Shown: positions 9,528-19,835 of the stretch, piece after piece
Layout: each line of letters opens with the position of its first letter
How positions within the stretch are numbered: the stretch's first letter is position 1
From: Polyangiales bacterium
GTDB lineage: Bacteria; Myxococcota_A; Polyangia; Polyangiales; Ga0077539
Direction of reading: 5' to 3'
Length of the DNA stretch: 56,372 nucleotides
NCBI GenBank assembly: GCA_039809605.1
Contig: JBDHVF010000001.1
Location: forward strand, 1 to 56,372
Notes under the pieces: model-generated
Database searches by the model: none
The model's input: the letters and a program-made list of their open reading frames with translations, nothing else
What the model was told of the DNA's origin: nothing
Position numbers and translations under genes: made by a program

Positions 9528-11723
9528 TCAGCGGCGGCCGCGGGGCGGGCCGCGGCGGTCGTCGCGGTCGCGGCGGGGCGGGGCCTCGTTGTGCGAGCGG
9601 TCCATGCGCTCCTTGGCGCGCGTTCCCTCCTCGCCCTCGGGCAGCGGGAGCAGCGCGCGGCGCGAGAGGCGCACCTTGCCGGTGCCCTCCTCGACGGAGA
9701 TGACCTTCACGTCGACCTCGTCGCCCTCCTTGAGCACGTCGGTGACCTTCTCGACGCGGTCGTGGGCGAGCTCGCTCACGTGCACGAGGCCCTCGGTGCC
9801 GGGGAAGATCTCGACGAAGGCGCCGAAGTCGACCACGCGCTTGACCGTGCCCTTGTAGGTCGCGCCGATCTCGGCCTCGGCGGTGAGCCCGCGCACGATG
9901 TCGATCGCGCGCTGCACGGCCACGGGGTCGGAGCTGGCGATGTTGACCGTGCCGTCGTCCTGGATGTCGATGGCGACGCCCGTCTGGTCGACGATGCCCT
10001 TGATGGTCTTGCCGCCGGGGCCGATCACCACGCGGATCTGGTCGGGCTTGACCTTGATGCTCGTGATGCGCGGGGCGTACTTCGAGAGCTCGGTGCGCGG
10101 CGCGGGCAGCGTCGCGAGCATGCGCTCGAGGATGTGCAGCCGCGCGTCGCGGGCCTGGCGCAGCGCCTTGTCGAGGATGTCGCGCGAGAGGCCCTCGATC
10201 TTGATGTCCATCTGGATCGCGGTCACGCCCTTCTTGGTGCCGCAGACCTTGAAGTCCATGTCGCCGAGGTGGTCCTCGTCGCCGAGGATGTCCGTGAGCA
10301 CCGCGACCTTGTCGCCCTCCTTGATGAGGCCCATGGCGACGCCCGCGACGGGGGCGCGGATGGGCACGCCGGCGTCCATGAGGGCGAGGGTGCCGCCGCA
10401 CACGGTGGCCATCGAGCTCGAGCCGTTCGACTCGGTGATCTCGCTCACGATGCGGATCGTGTACGGGAACTGCTCGTTGGTGGGGATCATGCGCATGAGG
10501 GCGCGCTCGGCGAGGTTGCCGTGCCCGACCTCGCGCCGGCCCGGCGAGCGCATGGGCTTCACCTCGCCCACGGAGTAGGGCGGGAAGTTGTAGTGCAAGA
10601 GGAAGCGCTTCCACCGCTCGCCGGTGAGGGCGTCGATCTTCTGCTCGTCCTGCGAGGTGCCGAGGGTGGCGGTGACGATGCCCTGCGTCTCGCCGCGGGT
10701 GAAGAGCGACGAGCCGTGCACGCGCGGCAGCCACGCGACCTCGCAGGTGATGGGGCGCACGGTGACCGTGTCGCGGCCGTCGATGCGCACGCGATCGTCG
10801 ACGATCATGTTGCGCATCGTGCTCGCCTGCAGGTCGTGGAAGGCCTCCTTGATGAACTTCTCCTGCTCGGGGAACTCCGAGAGGAGCGTCTCGACGGCGA
10901 GCTTCGAGAGGGCCTTGAACCTCGCGTAGCGCTCCTGCTTGACGCGGGTGCGGCACGCCTCGGCGAGGCCCACGCCCACGACCTCGCGCACGCGCTCGAC
11001 GAGGTGCTCCGACGGGCGCTTGGCCACGAACGTGCGCTTGGTGCGGCCGATGGCCTCGCGCAGGCGCTCCTGCAGGTCGAGGAGGGGCTGCACGCTCTGG
11101 TGGGCGAACATCAGCGCCTCGATCATCTCCTCCTCGGAGATCTCCTCGGCGCCGCCCTCGACCATCACGATGGCGTCGCGGCTGGCGGCCACCACGATGT
11201 CGAGGTCGCTCTTCTCGCTCTGCTCGAAGGTCGGGAAGGCGATGAACTTGCCGTCCACGCGGCCCACGCGCACGCCCGCGATGGGGCCGCTCCAGGGGAT
11301 GTCGGAGATGTGCAGCGCGGCGCTCGCGCCCGTGAGCGAGAGCACGTCGCTGGGGTTGATCTTGTCGGCCGAGAGCACCGTCGCGATCACCTGCGTGTCG
11401 CAGCGGTAGCCGTCGGGAAAGAGCGGGCGGCACGGCCGGTCGATGAGGCGCGAGACGAGCACCTCCTCGTCGCGCGGACGGCCCTCGCGCTTGAAGAAGC
11501 CGCCGGGGATCTTGCCCGCGGCGAAGCCCTTCTCGATGTAGTCGACGGTCAGCGGGAAGAAGTCGATCCCGGGGCGCTCGTCGGTGTTCGAGCACGCGGT
11601 GACGAGCACCATGGTCTCGCCCGCCGAGATGAGGATCGAGCCGTGCGCCTGCTTGGCGATGCGGCCCGTCTCGAGGGTGATGGTGACCGAACCGACCTCT
11701 ACGCTCTCACGGATGATGGACAT
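9528..11723 (-). CDS. pnp: Polyribonucleotide nucleotidyltransferase (PNPase)
   Basis: 731 aa from ATG 11723, with AGGAG 6 nt upstream. The product begins [11 protein letters not shown]. Two RNase PH-like halves are followed by KH and S1 regions ([15 protein letters not shown]) in PNPase order, directly downstream of rpsO. Confidence 0.97.
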   Translation of the reverse strand: MSIIRESVEVGSVTITLETGRIAKQAHGSILISAGETMVLVTACSNTDERPGIDFFPLTVDYIEKGFAAGKIPGGFFKREGRPRDEEVLVSRLIDRPCRPLFPDGYRCDTQVIATVLSADKINPSDVLSLTGASAALHISDIPWSGPIAGVRVGRVDGKFIAFPTFEQSEKSDLDIVVAASRDAIVMVEGGAEEISEEEMIEALMFAHQSVQPLLDLQERLREAIGRTKRTFVAKRPSEHLVERVREVVGVGLAEACRTRVKQERYARFKALSKLAVETLLSEFPEQEKFIKEAFHDLQASTMRNMIVDDRVRIDGRDTVTVRPITCEVAWLPRVHGSSLFTRGETQGIVTATLGTSQDEQKIDALTGERWKRFLLHYNFPPYSVGEVKPMRSPGRREVGHGNLAERALMRMIPTNEQFPYTIRIVSEITESNGSSSMATVCGGTLALMDAGVPIRAPVAGVAMGLIKEGDKVAVLTDILGDEDHLGDMDFKVCGTKKGVTAIQMDIKIEGLSRDILDKALRQARDARLHILERMLATLPAPRTELSKYAPRITSIKVKPDQIRVVIGPGGKTIKGIVDQTGVAIDIQDDGTVNIASSDPVAVQRAIDIVRGLTAEAEIGATYKGTVKRVVDFGAFVEIFPGTEGLVHVSELAHDRVEKVTDVLKEGDEVDVKVISVEEGTGKVRLSRRALLPLPEGEEGTRAKERMDRSHNEAPPRRDRDDRRGPPRGRR

Positions 11724-11892
11724 ACGAACTCCTGCGCGTTGCGCGGTGAATGGGGGATGCGGGGGCGCGCGCTCGGCAGGGCGTTGTGTCGTTCGGTGTC
11801 CTCGGTTCCTGCGCACGCGCGGGGCGTCGTGCGCACGAAGCGAAGACCGAGCGACGGGACGCTCGACCGGACCACGCGCGGTGTAGAAGCTC

Positions 11893-11930
11893 GAACGCCC
11901 TGCCCCTCGGCGATGAGGAACAGGGCGTTC
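11893..11930 (-). terminator. rpsO-distal hairpin (terminator/attenuator-like)
   Basis: GAACGCCCTG (11893-11902) pairs with CAGGGCGTTC (11921-11930), with an inner CCTC/GAGG extension. On the minus strand it starts 8 nt after the rpsO stop. It is followed by GAGCUUCU rather than a clean U-run. Confidence 0.5.
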
Positions 11931-11937
11931 GGGGTGA

Positions 11938-12207
11938 TCACTTGCGGAGGTTCAGCTCGCCGATGACCTTGCGGTAGCGGGCGACGTCCTTGCTCTTGAG
12001 GTACTCGAGGAGCCGACGGCGCTGCCCGACGAGCTTCAGGAGCCCGCGGCGCGAGTGGTGATCCTTCTTGTGGGTCTCGAAGTGGCCCGTGAGCTGCGAG
12101 ATGCGCGCGCTCAGCAGGGCGATCTGCACCTCGGGCGAGCCCGTGTCGGCCTCGCTGGTGCGGAACTTCTCGATGATCTCGGCCTTCTTGACGGAATGCA
12201 GCGACAT
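11938..12207 (-). CDS. rpsO: 30S ribosomal protein S15
   Basis: 89 aa, reading [70 protein letters not shown]. This is the canonical S15 sequence and the canonical rpsO-pnp arrangement. Confidence 0.97.
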   Translation of the reverse strand: MSLHSVKKAEIIEKFRTSEADTGSPEVQIALLSARISQLTGHFETHKKDHHSRRGLLKLVGQRRRLLEYLKSKDVARYRKVIGELNLRK

Positions 12208-12411
12208 GGATCTCTGGTCCTCTTCGAAAATCGGCGGCGGAGTATGTTCGATCCGCGGCAGGTGTCAATCGCGTTCCAGGTGTGGTAGTGGGCGTCCACC
12301 CGCAGTCGGGAAGCGGCTTCTACAGGAACGCCGCGCCCCGGTCCATACCCCCACCCGCAGGGGGAACGAACCGCCGCCCACGACGGTTCCCGTTCCACAC
12401 GAGCGCCGAGC

Positions 12412-14182
12412 ATGTTCGAAGGACTCCAACGATACTCGCAGACCCTCTTCCTGGTCATCCTGCTGGCCACGGTCGTCGCCTTCGGCCTGAGCTGGGGCCC
12501 GGGCGCCCGCGGATGCTCCGAGGGCAAGCTCGCGGTGACCCACGTCGCCAAGGTCTACGGCCGCACCATCGGCGAGACCGAGTACATGTCCACGTACTCG
12601 GTGCTCCGACGCATCGGCCAGCGCGACGAGGAGAACCCCGTCATCGGCGGCGCGCTCCGTCAGGGCGCCCTCGACGGCCTCATCGAGCGAGAGCTCCTCG
12701 CGCACGAGGCCGAGCGCCTGGGCTTCGTCGCGACCGACGACGACGTGAACGCCGAGTTCCGCAAGTGCCGCTTCTACCTCTCGGTGGGCGTCGGCGCAGA
12801 GACGGTGCTCGGCGTGCCCTCGGGCCCCATCCCCCCGATGATCATCTCGCCGCGCGCGTGCAGCGAGAACAACACCACCGAGTTCTCGTACACGGCCTTC
12901 GAGCGCCTCGCGCGGCGCATGTTCGGGCGCACCGTGCCCGACCTGCGCGAGTCGACGCGCCGCGAGATCCTCGCCCACCGCATGCGCGAGGCCGTGGCCT
13001 CGTCGGTGAGCATCTCCGACGAGGAGCTCTGGCGAGACTACCAACGCAGCCACGACCAGATGGCCGTGAAGTACCTGCGCTTCCCCCTGACGTTCTACCG
13101 CGACCTCGTGCGCGACGACGACCAGAACGCCGTCAACGAGTGGGCCCAGGCCCACGCCGAGGACGTGAACCGCATGTACGAGCGCCGCAGGGACACCCTC
13201 CGCGGGCTCCAGCGCGAGCTGCGCGTGCGGCACATCCTCCTGGCCTTCCCCGACGGCGCCACCGACGCGCAGAAGGCCGAGGCGCGGGCGAAGGCCGCGG
13301 CCGTGCGCGCGCGGCTCGTCGCGGGCGAAGACTTCGTGCGCCTCGCGCGGCTCTACTCGGGCGACCCCGGGAGCTGGCGCACCGGCGGCGACATGGGCTG
13401 GCAGTCGCACGACGCGCAGCAGCGCCTCGTCGAGCCCTTCCGCAACGCGATGAACGCCCTCGCGCTCAACGCCATCTCCGAGCCCGTCGAGACCGAGTTC
13501 GGCGTGCACATCATCCAGGTCACGGGCATCCGCGAGGGCGACGTGCCCGAGGCCGACGCCAAGCGCGACATCGCCCGCACCCTCTACCGCGAGGCCCGCG
13601 CCGCCGAGCTCGCCGCCGAGGCCGCCCGCGCCACCCTGGCTCGCATCCGCGGCGGGGCCGACCTCACGGTCGTCGGGCGCGAGCTCCACGACGCCGCGCT
13701 GCGGGAGTTCTACCGTGGCGAGGTCCCCGCGCCCGTGACCCTGCCGGGCAACGTGGTGCTGGCCCCCGTCGAGCGCACCGACCTCGACGCGCCCGAGCTC
13801 AAGGAGAGCGAGCAGTTCACCCGCAACGGCATGGTGCTCTCGGACGTCGACCGCCCCGACGTGCTCACCCAGGCGGCGTTTCAGCTCACCGACGCGCACC
13901 CCCTGAGCGCCGAGCCCGTGAAGGTCGGCGACGACTGGTTCATCCTGCGTTTCAAGGATGGCAGCCGCACCACGGCCACCCGCGAGGTTCGCCCGCCAGC
14001 GCCAGGAGCAGCTCTCGCAGAGCTCGATGCTCCCCGCCCGCCAGCGCCAGGCCCTCGTGCTCTACATCACCCAGCTCCGGCAGGACGCCGAGCACGCGGG
14101 CCAGGTGCGCCTCGGCAACTCCGACCGCATCCACGCGCCGCGCAACGCCGAGGGCGAGCCGCAGGAAGACGAGCAGAACTGA
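12412..14182 (+). CDS. PpiD/SurA-like membrane-anchored parvulin-type peptidyl-prolyl isomerase (frame disrupted near 13987)
   Basis: It has an N-terminal TM segment (TLFLVILLATVVAFGL) and a parvulin domain (RHILLAF...GGDMGW...EFGVHIIQV). After ...GSRTTATRE the listed frame turns into P/A/R-rich nonsense. The +1 frame (track ORF 13958-14182) continues sensibly as FARQRQEQLSQSSMLPARQRQALVLYITQLRQDAE. Confidence 0.8.
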
Positions 14183-14389
14183 CGGTTTTTCCCGAGGAAT
14201 AGCCCTTTCGGCCCGCCGTCAAGCCCGAACTCCCGCCCCGCCCCCCTCCCGCCTCCCCCGAAACGCCCTCCCGGGCCTCCAAGTCCTCGAAAGAACCAGC
14301 GAAAACCTTGGAGCTCCGGTCAGAGAACGACCGGGGATCGCATGGACCCTGTTGCGGTCCGGGGGGGTGGGGGATAGGTCAATGGGGCG

Positions 14390-15781
14390 ATGCACACGGC
14401 GTCCTTTACCCGCCTCCCCAACGGCTTGCGCCTGGTGACGGTGCAGCGGCCCCATCTGCACCAGGTGGTGATCGCGGCCAGCATCCACGTCGGCTCCCGC
14501 CACGAGACCCCCGGCACCAACGGTCTTACGCACTTCCTCGAGCACATGCTCTTCCGCGGCACGAGGCGCCTGCCCACGGCCGCGGCCTTCAACCACCGCA
14601 TCGAGTCCCTGGGCGGCACCCTCACGGCCGCCACCCACGGAGACTTCACCCTCTTCGAACTGACCGTGCCCCCCGACGCGATGGCCGAGGGCTGCGCGGA
14701 GCTCGGCGAGGTCTTCACCTCGCCCGTCTTCTCCGACCGCGAGGTCGAGAAGGGCATCGTGCGCGAGGAGATCCTCGAGGACCTCGACGAGGACGGCCGC
14801 GACGTGAACGCCGACAACGTGCTCCGCGCCGAGGTCTTTCGCGGCCACCCCCTGTCGTACCCCATCACCGGCTCGGTGAAGAACGTCGACCGCTTCAGCG
14901 ACCGCCACCTGCGCGAGCACATGGCCGCCCACTACGTCGCCCGCAACATGAGCGTGGCCGTCGTGGGACCGACCCACCACCGGGCCATGATCCGCGCCGC
15001 GACCCGGGCCTTCGGCGCGCTCCCAGCGGGGGCCCCGCGGCTCTCGTCGCCCTTCCGCACGCGCCAGTCGCGGGCGCGCATCCGGGCCGTGCCGTACTCG
15101 AGCGCGCAGACCTCGGTGCGCGTGGCCTTCCCCACGACGGGCCAGCGGGCCGCGAGCGCGCGCGCCCTCGAGCTCCTGCTGCGCGTGCTCGACGACGGCA
15201 TGTCGACCCGGCTGCACCGGCGCATCTGCGACGAGAAGGGCCTCGCGTACGGGGTCAACGGCAACCTCGAGCTCTTCGACGACGCGGGCGTCTTCGACGT
15301 GGCCGCCACCGTGGCCCACGCGTCGCTGCCCGACCTCGTGGGCGAGGTGCTCGCGATCCTCGGCGACCTCGCCATCGAGGGCCCCACGCGCGCCGAGGTC
15401 GAGAAGGCCCACCGGCGCTACGCGTTCGACCTCGACGCGATGGAAGACGACGCCCACGCCCTCGCGGACTACTACGGCCCGCCGGAGCTCTTCGACATGC
15501 GCCAGTCGCCCGCCGAGCGGCGCCGCGAGGTGATGGGCGTCACCGCGCAGGACATCCGCCGCGCCGCCCGCGCCATGCTCGACCCCTCGCGCGCCAACCT
15601 CGTGCTCGTGGGCGACTCCGACGCCGAGACGCGCCGCGAGATGGCCTCGCTCCTGCGGCGCTTTCGCGCGAGGCTCAAGGCCGGCGCGCGGGTGCGCGTG
15701 CCCGTGTCGGCCCCGACGCGCGCCCCCGTCACGCCCCGCCGCCGCGGGGGCGTTCTTGACCTGCCCGGCGTGAGTCCATAG
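14390..15781 (+). CDS. M16 (pitrilysin/insulinase) family zinc peptidase
   Basis: 463 aa with the inverted zinc motif HxxEH (GLTHFLEHMLFRGT) near the N-terminus and the typical two-domain length. Confidence 0.9.
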   Translation: MHTASFTRLPNGLRLVTVQRPHLHQVVIAASIHVGSRHETPGTNGLTHFLEHMLFRGTRRLPTAAAFNHRIESLGGTLTAATHGDFTLFELTVPPDAMAEGCAELGEVFTSPVFSDREVEKGIVREEILEDLDEDGRDVNADNVLRAEVFRGHPLSYPITGSVKNVDRFSDRHLREHMAAHYVARNMSVAVVGPTHHRAMIRAATRAFGALPAGAPRLSSPFRTRQSRARIRAVPYSSAQTSVRVAFPTTGQRAASARALELLLRVLDDGMSTRLHRRICDEKGLAYGVNGNLELFDDAGVFDVAATVAHASLPDLVGEVLAILGDLAIEGPTRAEVEKAHRRYAFDLDAMEDDAHALADYYGPPELFDMRQSPAERRREVMGVTAQDIRRAARAMLDPSRANLVLVGDSDAETRREMASLLRRFRARLKAGARVRVPVSAPTRAPVTPRRRGGVLDLPGVSP

Positions 15782-15795
15782 CCTCGCGGCCGCCG

Positions 15796-16587
15796 ATGGG
15801 ACGTTCCCACCCCGCGCGTCAGCTCGCGCTGCCGCACCTCGACGAGCGCCCCGCCGCGCGGGCGAGCTTCGCCCACGACGAGGCTTCGAACGACGGGCCG
15901 CGCCCGGCCGCGGCCCTCGAGGCTCACCTCGCGCGCACCCTCGGGGCGCCCCTCTCGGTCACCGTCACCGACAACCGCCGCACCATGCTCTCGATCCGCC
16001 GCGTCGACGGCGTGCGCCGCGTGCGGCTGCACCACATGTTCGCCGACGCGCCCGCCGACGTGCTCGACGCCGTCTCGCGCTACCTCGCCCACGGCGACCG
16101 CCGCGCGGGCGCGAAGATCGACGCGTTCATCCGCCGCCGCGCCGACCGCATCCGCCGCGACGGCCCCGCGCGCCCGGCCCCGCGCCGCACCCGCGGCAGC
16201 GCCCATGACCTCGGGGAGATCCTCGCCGAGCTCGTCGCGCGGTACTTCCCCGACGCCGACCCCGTGGCGATCACCTGGGGCGCGCGAGGCGCAAGCCGCC
16301 GCCGGGGGCGCAGCCGCACGATCCGCATGGGCGCCTACCTCTACGACGAGCGCCTGATCCGCATCCACCCCGCGCTCGACCAGGCGTGGGTGCCGCGCTT
16401 CTTCGTGGCGTGGGTGGTGTTCCACGAGCTGTCGCACCACGTCACGCCGGCGCCCGAGGTGGGCGGGCGGCGCTGCCACCACACGCCCGACTTCCGCGCG
16501 CGCGAGGCGACCTTCCACGACCGCGACCGCGCCCTCGAGTGGGAGCGCCGCAACGTGCGCAGGCTCATCGCGTCGCGCGACCTCTGA
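15796..16587 (+). CDS. YgjP-like (DUF45/M48-type) zinc metallohydrolase
   Basis: 263 aa with a C-terminal HExxH in the context VVFHELSHHVTP. RIHPALDQAWVPRFFVAWVV precedes it, as in DUF45 proteins. Confidence 0.7.
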   Translation: MGRSHPARQLALPHLDERPAARASFAHDEASNDGPRPAAALEAHLARTLGAPLSVTVTDNRRTMLSIRRVDGVRRVRLHHMFADAPADVLDAVSRYLAHGDRRAGAKIDAFIRRRADRIRRDGPARPAPRRTRGSAHDLGEILAELVARYFPDADPVAITWGARGASRRRGRSRTIRMGAYLYDERLIRIHPALDQAWVPRFFVAWVVFHELSHHVTPAPEVGGRRCHHTPDFRAREATFHDRDRALEWERRNVRRLIASRDL

Positions 16588-16588
16588 C

Positions 16589-18415
16589 ATGCGACCGCTC
16601 CGCCCGCCGGCGCTCCCCCGCGCCCTCTTCGAACTGGCCTTCGGCGCCGTGACCCTCGCCACGGCCGCGCCCCTCGCGGCCTCGCGCCACGTGCCCTTGC
16701 AAGACCTCCCGCAGCACATGGCCGCCATCGCGGTGCTGCGCCAGCTCCCCTTCTCCTCGACGCTCGGCGAGTACTTCACCGCCACGCTCTCGCGCACGCA
16801 GTACCTGCTGGTCTACCTCCTGGGCATCCCCCTCTCGTGGGTGACGGGCGTCGAGGGCGCCGGCAAGCTCCTCGCGGCGCTCACGGTGGTGGCCATCCCG
16901 TACTCGCTGCGCTTCGTGCTGCGGCGCACGGGCGGCGACGAGCGCCTCGCCGCGCTCGCCTGGCCCCTCGCGTGGAACCCGCAGATGATGCTCGGGTTCC
17001 TCAACTTTCTGCTCGGCGTGCCCATCGCGATGGTGGCCCTCGGGCTCTACGCCGACCGAGACGCGCGCGAGCGCCCGCGGCGACAGCTCGTGCTCGCGGC
17101 CCTCGCGCTCGCGGCCTTCTACGCGCACCTGATCCCCTACGGCCTCCTCGGGCTCGGCACGCTCCTGCTCCTCGACCTGCCCGCGACCGCGCGCGCGTTC
17201 GAAGAGGCCACGACCCCCGCGCCCGCGCCCCGCGCGCTCGCCGCGGCGCTCCTCGCCGACGCGCGCCACGCGGCGAGGCAGCTCCTCTTCCTCGCGCCCT
17301 CGCTCCTCGCGGCGGTCGTGTGGCTCGTGCGAACGCCCGCCACCGACGCGAGCGTGCGCGCGGGCGGCGTCGGCGTGGCCCCGCACCCCGAGTGGCCCCC
17401 GTTCGTGAGCCTGCCGCGCGAGCTCTCGACCGTGCTGCTCGACTTTCCGGGCGAGCACGACGAGCGGGCGCTGCTCGCGTGGGGCCTGTGCGCCCTCGCG
17501 GCGCTCGCGGCCGCGCGCACCCTCACGGCCGACGCGCGCGAGCGCACGACGCCGCGGTGGCTCCTCCTCTCGCTGCCCGCGCTCGCGGTCGCGCTCTACC
17601 TCATGCGCCACCGAACGTTCGCGTGGGTGTGGGGCCTCGCCTCGCCGCCCGAGACCTCGTGGGGGCAGATCGTCGGGCGCGCGTGCGTGGTGGCCTCGCT
17701 CGGCGCGTTCGCGGCGCTGTGGCTCTCTCGCGCGAGGCTCGACGACGTCGCCCGCGTTCACTCCGCGCGGCTCGCGTGGCTGCCCGCCGCGTGCGGCTTT
17801 CTCTACGTGGTGGCGCCCGCGAGCTACGGGTGGATCTGGCCCATCCACACGCGCTTCGCGGTGACGGCCGCGCTCGTGCTGCCGCTGCTCGCGGGCGCGA
17901 CGCGCGGGGGCGCCGCGCCGTGGCTGCTCTGCGCCGCGCTCGGCGCCACGAGCGTCGGGCTCGCGAGCGACGTGGGCTCGCGCTTCGCGCAGTGGGAGGC
18001 CACCGAGCTCGGCGACCTCGACGCGGCCCTCGACCACGCGCGACCCGGCCGCAGGCTCGTGGCGCTTGTGCCGGCGGCGGCGAGTGCGCACGTTCCCAAC
18101 GTCCCCATCCTTCACGTCGCGGCCTACTATCAGGTGCGCGGCGGCGCCGTGGCGACCTTCTCCTTCGCTGACTTCCCTCAGTCTCCCTTTCGTTACCGCG
18201 AAGGCCCGATGCGGCCTCCGAGGCTCCCGCCGCGGTGGGAGTGGACCTCGGACCTTCGCGTGGCCGACCCCGAGATGAACTACTACGACTACGTGCTCAC
18301 GCGCCGCGGCGTGATCGACGAGCCCGAGAAGCACCCCGACCGCTACGTGCTCCGCTTCGAGGGCCGCGACTGGAACCTGTATGAACGCCGCGAGGGCGGT
18401 ACACTCCCCCGGTAA
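16589..18415 (+). CDS. Hypothetical polytopic membrane protein
   Basis: 608 aa; ATG lies 1 nt after the upstream stop. Many hydrophobic segments in the first ~430 aa are followed by a soluble C-terminal domain. The minus-strand 625-aa ORF is an R/E/G-rich shadow. Confidence 0.7.
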   Translation: MRPLRPPALPRALFELAFGAVTLATAAPLAASRHVPLQDLPQHMAAIAVLRQLPFSSTLGEYFTATLSRTQYLLVYLLGIPLSWVTGVEGAGKLLAALTVVAIPYSLRFVLRRTGGDERLAALAWPLAWNPQMMLGFLNFLLGVPIAMVALGLYADRDARERPRRQLVLAALALAAFYAHLIPYGLLGLGTLLLLDLPATARAFEEATTPAPAPRALAAALLADARHAARQLLFLAPSLLAAVVWLVRTPATDASVRAGGVGVAPHPEWPPFVSLPRELSTVLLDFPGEHDERALLAWGLCALAALAAARTLTADARERTTPRWLLLSLPALAVALYLMRHRTFAWVWGLASPPETSWGQIVGRACVVASLGAFAALWLSRARLDDVARVHSARLAWLPAACGFLYVVAPASYGWIWPIHTRFAVTAALVLPLLAGATRGGAAPWLLCAALGATSVGLASDVGSRFAQWEATELGDLDAALDHARPGRRLVALVPAAASAHVPNVPILHVAAYYQVRGGAVATFSFADFPQSPFRYREGPMRPPRLPPRWEWTSDLRVADPEMNYYDYVLTRRGVIDEPEKHPDRYVLRFEGRDWNLYERREGGTLPR

Positions 18416-18453
18416 CCGACGGAGGTCGCGATGACTCCTCACCCACGCGCGCG

Positions 18454-19431
18454 ATGAAGGCTCCCATGGAGATCGTCATCGAACGCGGCAAGACCATAGC
18501 CTTCGAAGAGCTGCCGCCGCGCAGCGTCGCGCTCGACGGCTACGTGCTCGGCCCGCGCATCGACGCCGAGACCGAGCGCTACAGCTTCGACCACCACGGC
18601 GACTGCGTGCGCCACGCGACGCGCTCGACCGCGGAGCAGGTGCACGACGCCATCGTGCTCGGGCTCACGCCCCGGTGCCTCACGGTCTACGTCAACGACG
18701 TCGACCTCGACACGGCCCTGGCCGTCTGGCTCCTGCGCCACTCGGAGCGCGCGAGGGAGCCCCTGGTCAACCGCCTCGTGCACGGCGCGGGGCTCCTCGA
18801 CGCGTTCAGCGGCGCGTTTCCGCTCGCGGGCGACCTGCCCACGATCGTCGAGTGGCTCTCGGAGCCCGAGACCAGCGCGCGCGCCTCGGGCGCGTACTAC
18901 CAGCTCGACGCCGCCGGGATGCGCGCGCTGCTCGACGAGATCGGGCGCCGCGTGTCGGTCTACGCCGACGGCGCGTCGGCGGCGTACACCGAGGGCTTTC
19001 GCATCGACAACCGCTACGAGGTGCTGCACCGCGGCACCGGCTGGGTGCTCGTCGAGAGCCTGGGCACGCGCGCCCACGCGCGCCTCTTCGCCGACGGGCA
19101 CGAGCGCGTGGTGATCCACACGTCGCTGCCCGACGGGACGCACGGCTACACCGTGGCGAAGCGCTCGGAGTTCGTGAAGTGCTTCCCGGTCGCGCGCATC
19201 CTCTCGGCGCTCGACGCGCGCGAGCCCGGCTGGGGCGGAGGCAGCACCGTCGGCGGCGCGCCGCGCAACGCCGACGGCTCGCGCAGTCGCCTCACGCCCG
19301 GCGAGGTGTTCGAAGTGGTCGAGCGCGTGGTGCGAGAGAGCGTCGCCGACGCGCAGGCGCAGGCCGCGTGCGCGTCGCCGTCGCTCAGGCCCTCGGCGCC
19401 GCCGCCCTCGTGCGCCTCGCCCGGTCGTTGA
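18454..19431 (+). CDS. Hypothetical protein
   Basis: 325 aa with natural composition, including YSFDHHGDCVRHATRSTAEQV. No family recognised. Confidence 0.6.
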   Translation: MKAPMEIVIERGKTIAFEELPPRSVALDGYVLGPRIDAETERYSFDHHGDCVRHATRSTAEQVHDAIVLGLTPRCLTVYVNDVDLDTALAVWLLRHSERAREPLVNRLVHGAGLLDAFSGAFPLAGDLPTIVEWLSEPETSARASGAYYQLDAAGMRALLDEIGRRVSVYADGASAAYTEGFRIDNRYEVLHRGTGWVLVESLGTRAHARLFADGHERVVIHTSLPDGTHGYTVAKRSEFVKCFPVARILSALDAREPGWGGGSTVGGAPRNADGSRSRLTPGEVFEVVERVVRESVADAQAQAACASPSLRPSAPPPSCASPGR

Positions 19432-19501
19432 CAGCCCCCGCGAGGGGCGCCATGTTGCGGTCCCCGCGGGGCGATTTCCCCATCAAAAACGGAGGCTGGC
19501 G

Positions 19502-19834
19502 ATGGCGTCTGAGCATGTGAAGACCGTGACGGACAACAACTTCCAGAGCGAGGTGCTCAACTCGAACGAGCCCGTGCTCATCGACTTCACCGCGACGTGG
19601 TGCGGCCCCTGCAAGCAGATCGCGCCCTTCATCGACCAGATCGCGGGCGAGTACAACGGCAAGCTCAAGGTCGCCAAGCTCGACATCGACGCCTCGCCCG
19701 AGACGCCCGCGCGCCTGGGCATCCGCGGCGTGCCGACGCTCATCGTGTTCAAGGGCGGCCGCGAGGTGGCGCGCCAGTCGGGCGCCGTGCCGAAGCACAA
19801 GATCGTCTCGCTCTTCGAAGGCCACCTGGGCTGA
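19502..19834 (+). CDS. trxA: Thioredoxin
   Basis: 110 aa with the active site WCGPC in the context LIDFTATWCGPCKQIAP, and GIRGVPTLIVFKGG. Confidence 0.95.
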   Translation: MASEHVKTVTDNNFQSEVLNSNEPVLIDFTATWCGPCKQIAPFIDQIAGEYNGKLKVAKLDIDASPETPARLGIRGVPTLIVFKGGREVARQSGAVPKHKIVSLFEGHLG

Positions 19835-19835
19835 G

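Noticed and set aside
13958-14202. Programmed +1 ribosomal frameshift in the PPIase gene
   Set aside because: There is no slippery or shifty-stop context at ACC CGC GAG G TTC, and no stimulatory structure is evident. A sequencing error or a simple indel mutation is more parsimonious.
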